Positions 38,282-51,000 of a stretch of DNA of 64,000 nt are shown in pieces; the first letter of the stretch is position 1, and each line of letters begins with the position of its first letter. Source of the DNA: Paraphysomonas bandaiensis (taxonomy: Eukaryota; Protista; Chrysophyceae); contig CBFFRP010000217.1 of assembly GCA_965644295.1 (NCBI GenBank), positions 310,001-374,000 of the forward strand, given 5' to 3'. The translations under genes were made by a program, and so were the position numbers. Below the pieces are notes generated by a model. That model was not told where the DNA came from. It ran no database searches and worked only from the letters and a program-made list of their open reading frames with translations.

Positions 38282-41200
38282 ATGGAACCGTCTGCTACAT
38301 CAAAGTCAGGTTCAAGTGAGTTACTTGCGAATGAGACGAATAAAGAAAATATTGTACGCTGGCTAGTGGAGAAAGCAGATATACTGCCCACACGAGCACA
38401 GCTCTATGCGGGACTTATCATTGGATCTGGTCTTGGATCGATGTCGAGAGTATCGAAGAAACTAGCTAAGAATGACTCGTATCTGACAGACATAGGGATC
38501 GATGAGGATGATGCAGAGGAGATTATTGCAGCATTATTACGTGAAAAAAATGCCGAACGCGTTGAAGCGATGAAGAAGAGTGTTACTACAATAGATCGAT
38601 CGCTTCCTTCTAGGCGGATGTCTTTGAACACTAAGTCCATATCGTATCAATCCCCAATGGGCTCTCCATATTCGACGAAATCTTTATCACCTCAAAAGAC
38701 CCCTCATCCCTCCGGTTCCACACCACAACGAAACTCACTCAGCTTCACCGGAGAGAAAATGAAAGATATGAAGTACTCTCGGCGTGATCAGCTGGCTTCT
38801 TCCAAGTCTAGCCCTGCTTTACGCTCAGTTGATGACTCGGCTGTGGCCTCTCCCTCTGCTTATCTGGACGATGCGTCCAGCAGGCGACAGTTGGCCCGTG
38901 TGAGCGAAGGAGATGATGTGGAAGACTCGTCCTCAAACGGAAATGATGGTCCTGCTCGCCCCTCGAGTTTTCGTTTTGCTTCCTCTGCTTCTTCTGTTCC
39001 TGGGGGTGCTGCGGGTCGATCCAAGGGTCACAGAGCGAGAGCAAGTATGCATGCTATTACAAGCGGTGTAGCAGGAGCGGTGAGTGCTGTTGGTGCGGGT
39101 ATGAGGGCACCAGAGGGATCTCCCGACACTGCTAGTAGGCGAAAAACCATGATGGATCATGTCTCTATGCGGAAGCGTACTGCCGGTAGTTCAGGAGATG
39201 CCAGAGCACTCCTGACAGGGTCTGGTGCCCCTGCTCCTCCTGTGCAGATCAAGGAAGGGAGCGAACTTCACACTCTGTGTACCGCTATTGCCAGTGATCT
39301 GAACTCAGCAGTCGACTATAGAAGCGAGAGCGCAGCAGTGGCGGCTTTGAAACGAGTCTATGAAGAAAGCAAGGATGATATGAAGCTCTACACAGAGTGC
39401 CTTGGTCAATCAGGGGCGTGCAAGAGTATATCTACATTGCTTGCAACTTTCCCCCAGTCCCCTGAAATATGTGTCTGCGCAGCCAAAGCCATATCCATAC
39501 TCTGCCAGTATGGAGAGGACAGACATTGCATCAATACTGAAAATGCTGAAGTTCTGGGAGCTCATGGCACTTGCACTTCTCTATTACGACTTTTCTCAAC
39601 TCATGACACAAACCCTGAGGTAATAATTCTCGATTCGATTGCATCTTCCTTCTCAAACTTATTGTATTACAGGTTTTGGAGTGGACATGTCGAGCTATCG
39701 GTAAGCTATCTTATGTTGAGGGCAACATTTGCCTTTTCACAAAAGCAGGGGCTTGTGAAAAAGTAATGAAGTTGTTGGACGAAGGGCGAGACAGCCGAAC
39801 CTGCAACGAAGCCGTATACGCTGTGCGCACTCTTGCACAACGCGAGGCAACCGCCTTAAAAATGATAGAAATGGGCATGTGTCGCTCACTTACCGCCTGC
39901 TTGACTACCCATAAGGTGGACACCATCACTTGTAGGGATACTATTCGAGCTATGTGCATGCTGGGGGGACTGCCTGAGGGATGTGTACAACTGGGTGATG
40001 CTGGGGCGTGTCTAGCACTTACAGAATGTATGAAACTAAACGAGGGATCTATAAATGTGACGGAGTGGGGAATGATGGCACTCGAGATGATGCTAGCGTC
40101 AGAGAGTAATGTCACAAAGCTATTACAAGCCTCTGTGTGCGAAGTCCTTGTCAATTCATTAAATCAGAACGTGCAAGTACCAAGCATCGCACGTGGGGCC
40201 TGTCGGACGGTTCAGCTTCTTGCATCCAATGCTATTATTCGGTCTAAACTCGGCAGCGCAGGTGCTTGCGAAGTATTTCCACGTACGCTATCTCACCACT
40301 TGAGCTCTCCAACCATTGCTCAAGTGAGTTGCGGTGCTATAGGGACATTAGCTGCAGATCATGCTGAGAACAAGGCGAAACTCACTGCAGCCGGAGCCTG
40401 TGAATTTGTCATTATGACGATGAATAAGTACTCCAACAACGACGTGTTCATGAAAACACTGCCTAGTGGTTTTGAAACAGTCGTTTGGCAGGCATGCTGG
40501 GCACTTAGGAAATTGGCTGCGGGTGGGGCGAATAGGAAGCGGCTTGAGACGTCGAATGCGTGCGAGGCGCTGTATATCGTGTGTATGAAACATGTAGCTG
40601 TTCTAGACGTAGTAGTTCAGGTTTTCCGGGCGGTGAATGTGCTCACAACAAACAAGAACCATTCTATTGTGGCCCGCATGGGCTTCGCGGGTGTATGCAA
40701 GTCTATCGTGAGGGCTATTTTGAAACATTCGAGCAATCCAATCATATGCAAACTGGGCTCTGAGGCTATATGTCATCTCGCGGACTGCAATGACAACATA
40801 GAAAAACTCGTATCTGCAAAAGCATGTGAGGCAGTTGCAGGAATGATTATGACCCATTCCTCAACAGATGAGGGGGTGGCAGAGTGGTGCTGTCGGGCAA
40901 TGCACAAATTGTGCAGTATTGGCGATGCAGCATCAACCCGAGCGAGAAATGCTGGGGGCGTTGAGGCTATTGTGTGGGCGCTACAACGACAAGGAAAGCA
41001 TGCTGGAGTGGCTGAATGGGGAACTATTGCTCTGAATGAACTTGCTGCCAACCCCGCCAACAGGTCTCGCATGGGATCATCCGGAGGATGCGAGGTGGCC
41101 ATTTCTACGACAAAGAGGCACGGCAATGTTCCAGCCATATGTCAGCGCGGCTGTAGAGTGATTCATTTCCTCGCTCTTGATTCAAATAACCGTGCTTGGC

Positions 41201-44200
41201 TCGGCGCCTCTGGTGGATGTAATGTGGTAGTGCAGGCTCTCAAGACACACGAAAGTGTGCACTTAGTTAGCTCAGCTGCGTGCTCAGCAATCGCCTCCCT
41301 AGCTTGCAACCACGAAGGAAATAACAATAGGTTACGATCAGGAGGGGCATGTGAAGGCGTCGTGAAAGTGATGAAGCTTCACGAGAGCGCTGCCAGTGTC
41401 GCCGATCACGGTTGTCATGCTGTGTACCAACTATGTGAGTATGCGGAAAGCGTACGGTTGCTTGTTGAGGCAGGTGCTTGTGCACAAGTGGTCAAGTGCA
41501 TGCTAACCCACAGTGGTGACCAAAGCGTTCAGCTACATGCTTTCCAGGCTCTTCAGCGTTTAGGGGACGCTAAGTATCCCGAGAATTACTCTGTACTCAT
41601 GGATTCGAACGTTAACACTGCCATGATCACAGTAATGCGATCACCAACTGTTACTGATAATGTTGATGTCAGTGTGGAGGCATGTAGAGTTATTACGAAT
41701 CTTGCAAGTCATGCAGATAACCGCAGCAATCTTGGCAAAGCTGGTTCCTGTGAGATAATTGCTGCTATATTCAAGCAGCATATGTCGTCTGCAGAAGAGC
41801 TGGTGGTACAAGCAAGTCGAGCTTGTTTCCAGTTGATTGGGGACTGCACTGGAAACGCAGAGAAACTTATAGATGCTGGTATGTGTGAGGCTTTCGTTTC
41901 CTGCTTACAAATCCCCAAGTATAGCGAAACGACCGCAGCCTTGGTGATACGATGCTTGCTCATACTTTCCCAATGCCCACAGGGCAAGAGCCTTCTCACC
42001 GAGGCGGAGACATTTCGGGTATTTGTGCGCCATCTAGGCAAAATTAGAGGGGATGATGCTGCCGCTGCTTCGGCGTTAAAGCTTATACACTCCCTCTGCC
42101 ATGACTCCACGAGCTGTGCACTCATGGGTGTTGCGGGTGCATGCAAAGTAGTTAGTGCGACAGTATTGCAGTACAAAGAATTCAAAAGTACAGTTGAGTG
42201 TGGTATAAGTGCTATGGAAGCGCTGTGTGGAGTGGGAGGATTTGCGGATGAGGACAACTGCGTGAGACTGAGCATTCCTGACACGTGTGAAGCACTTGCA
42301 TATGCCCTGAGGTCTTATGGAGACGACCCATATATTGCGGACCCCGCTATGTCTGTTCTACTCCACCTCACTCTCCCGGATGCCAACCAGCCGTCTTCCA
42401 CCTCTACAAATACCTTGCAATCTGTGTCTGCAACTACCTCTAAGCCTTCTACCTGGTCCATGCTTAAAAACACCCTGCTCAACCCGAAGAAGCCGGCATC
42501 TCTCTCTATTCCCTCCATGCCATCCCTATCACTGACAGGGCGCACTCAGACCAGAGTGCGCTCGTCCTCCATAACGTTAGAGGAACTAGCTGCAAAGTCA
42601 CAAATACGGTCGAGATTGGGGGCTGCTGGTGTATGTGAGTGTATTGTGCGCTCTATGTTTTCAAACATCGATGTGGAGGAAACAATTATCAAGTCATGCG
42701 AGGTGCTGCGTTATCTCACTATGGAGGAGGCAAATATTGAATTCGTCGCCCGGGCAGGTGGGTGTGAGGTGCTGTCATCAGTGTTCAAAATGTACGCTGC
42801 CCGCAGTGAACCACTTGTGGTACATGCATGTCATGTTATTGTGTCCCTTGTGTCAGTGACCCTTAAAAGCAACTCTAATGCCATCACACTGGGTGGAATG
42901 GGCACCTGCGAGGTGTTAAGTATGGCACTGTATGTGTACACTGTAAATGTGGAGACCGTGACCGTAGTGTGCCGGGCAATCGTTGCGTTGGCGGAGGGTA
43001 ATTTAGGAAATCAGTCTGCACTGGGAAATGCAGGAATTAGTCAAGCATTCATGAACATCTTAAGTGCTGAGAACAGGAGTCCTACATCCTGTGCTGCTGC
43101 CCTCAGAGCTACGAGGGCAGTTCTCGACGGTCATGAAGAAAATGCCAAAAAGTTTGTGCTAGTAGCAAAGTCAGATGCACTCATTAGTCTTCTGAGTCAG
43201 AACGTTGATAACATTGAGTTGGTTGTAAACGTATTATGGCTGTTGCGGACACTAGGCCCGCATCACACGGGAGCTAGTGACAAAAGCCCGAGATTTTCCC
43301 AGACTCTGACAACGGATCACTACGGTGTGATTGTACAGGCTATCAAGCAGCATGTCTCGGGAAATGCCTCGATCTGCCAATATGGTTGTGACACTGTTAG
43401 CAGCATACTTGAACCGCGCCCTAACCTGGGCACTTACATATGCACTGACAGTGACGTTGACAGGTGTGTGTACTTTGGCGAAGCTGGTATCGGAGAGGTT
43501 GCCTTTACAGGATTGACCGCCTTCGGGAATGTTGAAGACACATTGGACTCATGTCTACGTACTATCGCACTGCTAACCCGCTCTACCAATTCCACTACCA
43601 TGTGCTCTTCCAAACATACTATTACGAAGTCACATAGAAACACAAAAGCCATGGTGGAAAAGGCCACTCACGATATAGTCATGAAGATTATGCAGAAGTA
43701 CTCGTCTCACATGAGCGTATCAAGATATGCAACATTTGTACTTGCAAATCTTCTAGTGGATCAACCGGAGGTGCAGGCTACCGTAGGTTCTTCTAATGCC
43801 CTTAAAGTGATAGTGAAGTCCCTCATAGCTACATCCGCTGACTCCCTTGGTGCACGATACGGTTGCGTTTATGTTTGTCGTCTTCTTGGATGTGGTGATA
43901 TTTATAGAGACCGATTGGTTACCGCTGGGGTGTGTCGGATAGTTGTGGATACTCTCAAAAAGCATGTCACCTCTCCACTTACTGTGGAACATGCTTGCAT
44001 GGCGATTACCAGCCTTGCTACGGGACATGCACTGGCCAAGGAGAGACTGGCAGCAGCAGGGGCCTGTGAGGCTATCAGTGAAGCGTTTTCCGCCTACTCG
44101 CTTAACGAACGCGTCGCATTAGAGACGTGCAGATCAGCCGAGGCTCTCATTCAAGATAGCCCAGCAATGTGTGCGAAATTTTCTGATACTTCAATTGATG

Positions 44201-44637
44201 AACTTGTGGTGGGCTTGCTGCAGTCTTTCGGGTGCGGAGATAGCGATTATTCTACTGCTGTGGCAGAACTTTGCTGCCGTGTGATTGGAGAACTCTCGTT
44301 GTTGGTGGCGGGTGATTCTGACGAGGGATCTTCCAAGAGTAAGAGGGTGTCTCTTGGGGATATTTCCAACAGGAGATCTGCGAAACTTGGTGGGCTTGGT
44401 GCTGGGGAGACCGTGTTGCTTGTACTGGAGAAATATCCATCACATGAGGCGGTAACACACTGGGGATGCTTCGCCTTGTTGCAACTTGCGAGAAACGGTA
44501 TAAATGCAGAGAAACTCGTTTCCGCTGGGGTTAAACCCGTACTGACCAGAGTACAGCAACAGTTCAGCAACAATACAGATATATCTGAATTTGCACAACA
44601 AACACTTTCAGTTCTGAAACTTAGTGAGAATGCTTAA
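38282..44637 (+). CDS. Giant armadillo-repeat protein (~2100 aa) with N-terminal SAM-like module (paralog 2)
   Basis: Intron 39620-39672 joins the ORFs in frame. It has the same N-terminal module and AGACE-type ARM repeats as 17555-23052. Confidence 0.87.
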
Positions 44638-45224
44638 AGTGATGTTCTTGCTTTATTGTTGTGTTATTTTAATGATTCTGCTGTGGTGGGCATCAATACT
44701 CGAATGTTGTGTTCGAATTTCAGATCAATTTGAACTTATTGTTACCATAATAATAACCATTGACCTTTAATTATTAATTATACTTTATTATCGACCACTG
44801 CTCGTTGTTAACAGCTCTTATGAATCTTTAGAATAGTTTTTGTTTCGCCATATATCAGTAGTTTCACGACATTTTAAATTTTAACCAAAATACAAGAACA
44901 TAAGCAATGCATAGGCGTAATACGTATTCATTGGATTGTGTGGTCTATATGCATAATAGATTATAGATTCCTGTAGTCTGTAGTAGCAATACTGACAAAC
45001 GATAAATTTGAATTTGAACTTGAATTGATGACTAAGAACGCCGTACCATTGAAATCAGCCCTATGTAGATTTGTAAGATTATTAAAAGAACAAAATATCG
45101 AAGTAAATAAAATCCATTATTATATATGTTTATATTTATTCACATTATTGTGGCATGGTACATATACAATATACATCATGCTACAAACTACAAAAGTAAC
45201 AAAAAAAGTTCATAAGCGAAAACA

Positions 45225-45660
45225 CCTGACGTGAGTAGGCTTTGTTCCTTGAGTGAGTATTCTCTTCCCGAAGTCGTCTAATTTCGTACTCCATGTTATC
45301 TCGGTCTCGTGATATATTTGCTTGTTGAAGCACCATGTCTGCACACACGTTCATCTTTTTGTTTTTTCTATGTCTGTGCCACTTCTTCCGACGCTTCTGA
45401 GAATTCGAGTTCTTCCTTGCATGAACCGATCGCAATCACTGCTGCAACTTTATTCACCGTGAATTCCTGAAGTAAGCAGTAATCTTTTAGTTAGAGAGGC
45501 TGGCAAAAGGGGGCGGGGGAGGGCTCTTGCGGAGGTCGAATCGGGACTGTACTCGCTGCACATACATCCAATTATTCTTTTGCTTTTTCTTTCCTCAAAA
45601 TCTCGATTTTGTTTTTCATCGACAAGACAAGCTCCTCCGTGTCTGCTAATCGACTGGATC
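45225..45660 (-). pseudogene. Possible decayed coiled-coil gene fragment
   Basis: Protein-like segments (LADTEELVLSMKNKIEILRKE; CKEELEFSEASEEVAQT*; DRDNMEYEIRRLREEN) are separated by an in-frame stop and a frame change. Confidence 0.25.
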
Positions 45661-47037
45661 TATTGAATAGAACTTATATGATATCACTGATAGACTTAAG
45701 TCATTATATTTAAGCCCACAAGTAGATTGACACAAAAAGTAGGTTCAAGTATGGCAATGACCGCTGGCAGCTACATTTATGTTGCTCATGATGATCAATG
45801 GGTTGACAGAGGTAGTATAAGGGCAGATACCGTGTTTGCTGATAAATCAATTTTCCATGCGAGTAGAATTTTCATCGTATAGCTGTTATTAGTATATGTT
45901 CTAGATCTTGGTATAATGGTCCAAGAACAGTAATATTAGCGCGATTTCAAACATATAATATGCACAATCATAAGTATATAGAGAGTAGTATAAAATAGTA
46001 GTAGTAGTAGTTCAGCTATCTGGTTTGGGTATTGCCATGTAACTCATGAATAGTCAATACAGTAGTGAGCGTGCTACCTATATTAGTTGTAATTATATGT
46101 GTAACGAGAAAGCAATGTTGAATTCTGCTTTAAATCGCCTATGAACCGCACTCCTATTTACGAAGCACATTTGGCTACTCCTGCCGAGCTGTTGACTGAA
46201 GCATATCTTCACATTCACTAACGCACAGTATCAAGTGTTAATCGCATGCCGTGGACGGCAACCACACTTGTGTTTGAAAGGAATAGGCGAAGTAGATAAC
46301 TACACGGCTCTTATGTTTAATTTCCTCTCAGAGTGTATTGTGTTAAGTTTAACGGTAAAATGACAGTAAGAATAGAGTTCTAGCGGCCGTTAATTGCATA
46401 GTCATAGCCATACTATCCGTAATAGGTGTGGTTTGAGTGCTGATGAAGCATTCTTGGAATCAGTTCAGAGCTCTGTCGAGTGTTTGTATCTCTATAGCAA
46501 GCAAGCAGAGATTGACTAGTAAAGTAACAGCCGATCATTCATGTCCAATCATATCTCAAGGAGAGAATATTACTCGCTGAGATGGCATTGTATTCGAGGT
46601 ATACATGGCAGTATGCCTACATATCACTCTTATCATCAACTGTCATACAAATACATCCATGAGTTTTTTATACCGAATTTTGGTGAAATTAAGAGTTTTT
46701 TTAGGATTTTGAAATATTTCTTTTATAAATATACCAGAAATCGTAGTTTTATACCACTAAAAAAGCACCTATAAGGGAAAAGTGGGAAGACGGAAGTAGT
46801 TGTTGGTTCTATATGTACACGTACACAGTGCGGTGTATGTATGTCCAGTGTGTATATATGCATATGCTGCTGCTGGATGTATGTATGTACAGGCAGTTAA
46901 GTTCCACAATTCGATATGACTATAGGAGCACACAGACTAATATCCACCATACTCTGTGTGATCTCCTCTCTCTCCACTCTTAACCTTTGCATCAGTGAAC
47001 TATCACCACCATATGGATACTTAAACTGTCTGTAAAT

Positions 47038-49324
47038 ATGAGTGTTATCTGCGTATTTTGTGTGTGTTTGTGCGCTGTGTTTTTATCAGTCGAATCCAAA
47101 TCACAATTTAATATATACGCATTTGCTGCTACTAAAAATGATGGCAGTGTCGTTACTTGGGGTACTGATTTTTTTGGGGGTAGTTCAGCCTCTGTTTCGA
47201 GCTCATTAGTGAGTGGTGTGGTGAAGATCGTCTCCACACAGTCCTCTTTCTGTGCGATTAAATCAGATGGGAGTATAGTCACATGGGGGAACACTGAGAA
47301 TGGTGGAGACAGTTCTGGGGTTGATGTCAGTCTTCCTGTTGTCTCTGTCACTCCTACGTTTGGTGCCTATGCGGCAGTACTTAGCAATGGGACAGTTGTC
47401 ACATGGGGAAATCATTTCTATGGAGCTAATTCGACTGGAGTGGCTTCTGAGCTGTATAACATTGAAACAGTATTCTCGAATCATTATTCGTTTGCTGCTC
47501 TCCGACAAGATGGGGCTGTGGTGACATGGGGAGATCAAGACAGAGGTGGAGATTCCAGCGCAGTTACCGCAGACATTTCCTCCGATGTGACATATGTATA
47601 TAGCGCAATATCTTCTTTTGCCGCTCTCAAGACGAATGGACAGGTAGTGACGTGGGGTGTTGGTAGGTGGGGTGGTGACTCCTCGGCAGTATCAGATGAT
47701 ATTCAGAGTGGTATAGTGTCAGTTTTCTCCAACTATTATGCCTTCGCCGCATTGCCCTCTCTCAGCAGTGGGAAACCTGTGGTGACCTGGGGAGAGCTTA
47801 CTTATGGGGGTGACTCGAGTGGAGTTTCGTCGCAATTGATAGAGATTGTATCTATTACCTCTACTGAAAAAGCTTTTGCTGCTTTGCGTTCTGATGGAGC
47901 AGTTATAGCTTGGGGAGACGCCGATTACGGTGGTGATACGTCGTCGATAGACTCTGAGGTTAGCGATGTGCTATTTGTCCGGTCTACCCAATTTGCTTTC
48001 GCTGCAGTGAAAACAGGTGGGGATGTTGTTTGTTGGGGTGACGAGAGCCGTGGTGGAGATATATCGGACGTTACTACGCAGCTCACCTCTGGAGTTGAGG
48101 AAGTTTACGCGAATTCCGTAGCCTTTGCTGCAGTGAAGGAAGATGGGTCTGTTGTTTGTTGGGGAATGGCTCTCAGTGGGGGAAACTGTTCTTCAATGGA
48201 TTCTTTGAAATCTGGTGTAACCAAGGTGTTTGGTACTGATGAAGCCTTTGCAGCTCTAAAGAGTGACGGTAGCGTGATTACGTGGGGCAAGGATTCAGTA
48301 GGTGGTGACTCGTCTGCTGTCCAATCCGATTTGGAATCAAGCGTTATTACGGTGACATCAGTCGATCGATACAATATAGAGTATACACTTACATCTCTTC
48401 CTACGTCTTTTCCTACCTCACTTCCTTCTTCATTCCCATCCATTGTTCCCTCCCCCTCGCCTTCTTTTGGACCTACCTCACAACCATCTTCTGCACCCAC
48501 TTGCATTCCGACACCCATTCCAACAGGCCCAACATCTTTGCCGTCTGCTAGTCCATCATCCCCCACAAGTACTCCCTCTTTACGCCCTTCGCTGTCACCG
48601 ACCGCCCATCACAAGTCATCCGGCAGTGACTACAACACTCTCGGCTTCACGAGTCAGTCACAACTAGTGCTGGTGCTTGTATTGTGCATATTTATAGGGT
48701 GTGTGGGATGTATCGTTTGCCTCATGTTGTTCTTTAAACGAGAGGATGGGTATCTGTTTGGCTTCAACGATGATATTATCAAACACGATTATGTAGATCA
48801 CTATCCTATCAGTGGAGATGTAAACATCCCAGCCATGGAGCTTACGGATGCTGCTATGATTCGGGATGGGGTTTACCGTCGACGATCTGTGCCAGGTGAA
48901 ATTTTAACAGCATGTGTACTATAGACAGCCCTCTGATGTATGAACGACTGTGATTGTATATTTATATGTGTCAGATGTGCCCCAAGAGAAGGCAGAGTGT
49001 ACCCCGAATTCAGGCCAGTATGTTGCTCTATCTCTTCCTCATGAGGCAGACCTGAGCAACCCTTCGGCTCCACAGCAAACCACGCCGCCAAATTCACGTT
49101 CTCCTTCGCCTCAGCCCTTGCTCAGGAAACAACCCGGAGCATCGCGTAAGTATATATCTGTTCATGTCTTTAGAATACATGCAGCTTTGCGAATGATTGT
49201 TTTTGTAATGGATATGATGTATTCAGATAATCAAAATATACAACATTCTATGCGGAAGACCTCCATCAATTCTGGTGTGCGAAGCCATGTTTCGGTCCGA
49301 CGAGGCAGTACAACTGCGAAATAG
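47038..49324 (+). CDS. Type I membrane protein with extracellular RCC1/BLIP-II-like repeats and Pro/Ser/Thr stalk
   Basis: Signal peptide, ~10 repeats of AFAAL/VKxDGSVVTWGxxxxGGDSSxV, a PTS-rich stalk and TM LVLVLVLCIFIGCVGCIVCLMLFF. Two 3' introns (~48896-48974, ~49146-49227) extend the tail in frame to the stop at 49324. Confidence 0.85.
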
Positions 49325-50155
49325 CAGCATCAGCTTTAGACATTGCGCTGGTTGCTTGAGCCCTGTACGTCAGCAAAGGAAGTAAACCTAGATAGATTTA
49401 ATACAGAATGAAACTGTTTTTGATGTAGTCGGTGCGTAATTACACATATACTAAAATTGTGATGCTACTCAGCAGTCAATTTGACCGAGTAGAGTTTAAA
49501 AAGTTGACTCTATCAGCAATTTTGTCAGTGTTCGTTGAGAGCTTGCTTCATGCTATATTGGACGGGAATACTTTTATATGTTCCCCTTTTCATTAATATT
49601 GAACACTTGTTTTAATGTACTCTTCGTGCCTGTTTTGAGATAGCATAACAACCATTAGAAACTGATGTCAAGTTATGACACAATTGGATGATTTACTAAG
49701 TTAACTGAACGTTTATCCACTCATGTTAAAATTAGAAAAGAATAATAAATGTAATATACATTATATCAAGTTCTCTCTACAATATATCAATTCCTAGTAC
49801 GATCTTACATATCGTCACAATCTTCTTGTATGGTCAATATATATTCAGTTCTCATTACTTTTCATGATACGGTTAACCACTCCTGTATTATCGAGTAACT
49901 GTCATAATCCAATACCTAAGAATTACAGCTTTTAATTGTTCAAACAGCAAAACTCAACATTAGAGTTCTGTTGTATGATCATAGAATAGAAGCGAGTTAA
50001 TTTTATGTAATAGGTAAAACCATGTAAGTCGGTCTTGCATCTTTTCCTGGTGTTCTATGGAATAAGTAGTGGAGATACTCATGATACAGGCCCGCCAGAC
50101 ACACTGCCCAAAGGCAGACCCCCCGACTAACCTCACTACTAGGGACGGTTGCACC

Positions 50156-50290
50156 ATGGTGCTCGCAGCGATGCATAAGCAGTCCCGAGACGGTTGCCCG
50201 CCACTAGTAGTACATAGCAAGCCCAGTTTAGTCAGCCTATAGATACAATACTAGTTTCTGTACCCAACCGTTCTCATGCAATAATCAGAC
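50156..50290 (-). repeat. Dispersed ~140-bp repeat, copy 2, part of a GC-rich structured segment (~50090-50290)
   Basis: The reverse complement matches 54-192. Confidence 0.85.
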
Positions 50291-51000
50291 TCTCCAATAT
50301 AGAGCACTGCAACAAAAGGCTGTGCTAGTAGTCAGTAACAATAGTTGTTTGGTGTAGATCACTGGAAAATAACTTTGTCAGTTCAGAGACAATTAGGTGT
50401 TGTTACAACCTGCAGCTGTTCGTTACGAACATTTAGTACTATTTGTTTTTTCAACTAATATTTAAAGTTACATACAAAATATATATTACATCCTCTTGTT
50501 GCGTAAGTTTCTTCATATAATTAATATGCATGTGTTGGCTCAATTATAGTAAACTGATGTTTCTCAACTTCCGGCTCCCCTCCCCAGCCGCAGGGCTAGA
50601 ACTTGCCACCGGTTGCGTTCATGGTAATCATTGCTGGTAACTTGATTCAGTATATTGCCGCTCGTAAACCGGTATACCTATACCAACTGAGCACTAATCC
50701 TAATACAAGTGAGTTGATACCTCCCACACTATTTTTTCAGAAAACAGAGTATACATAGGTGTAATTAATACAAAATTTGAAACTGATCAACCAGAATGTG
50801 TTATTTATATTCGCATGTATATTTACCATAGGTGTATTGCATTCGTATACTCTTATATTCAACTACGAAGCTTACCAAGTACAAGATACTATTCCGAATT
50901 CGAAGTGACGGTGTACCACCAAACACTATTAATGACGAATAATGAAAAGAATTATAGATAAAATAGGAATACAATTACACACAAAACTCGAAGCAACTAC

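Noticed and set aside
17911-44573. Numerous antisense and alternate-frame ORFs inside the ARM, AOAH and other genes
   Set aside because: Shadow ORFs of long coding exons with no independent protein features.
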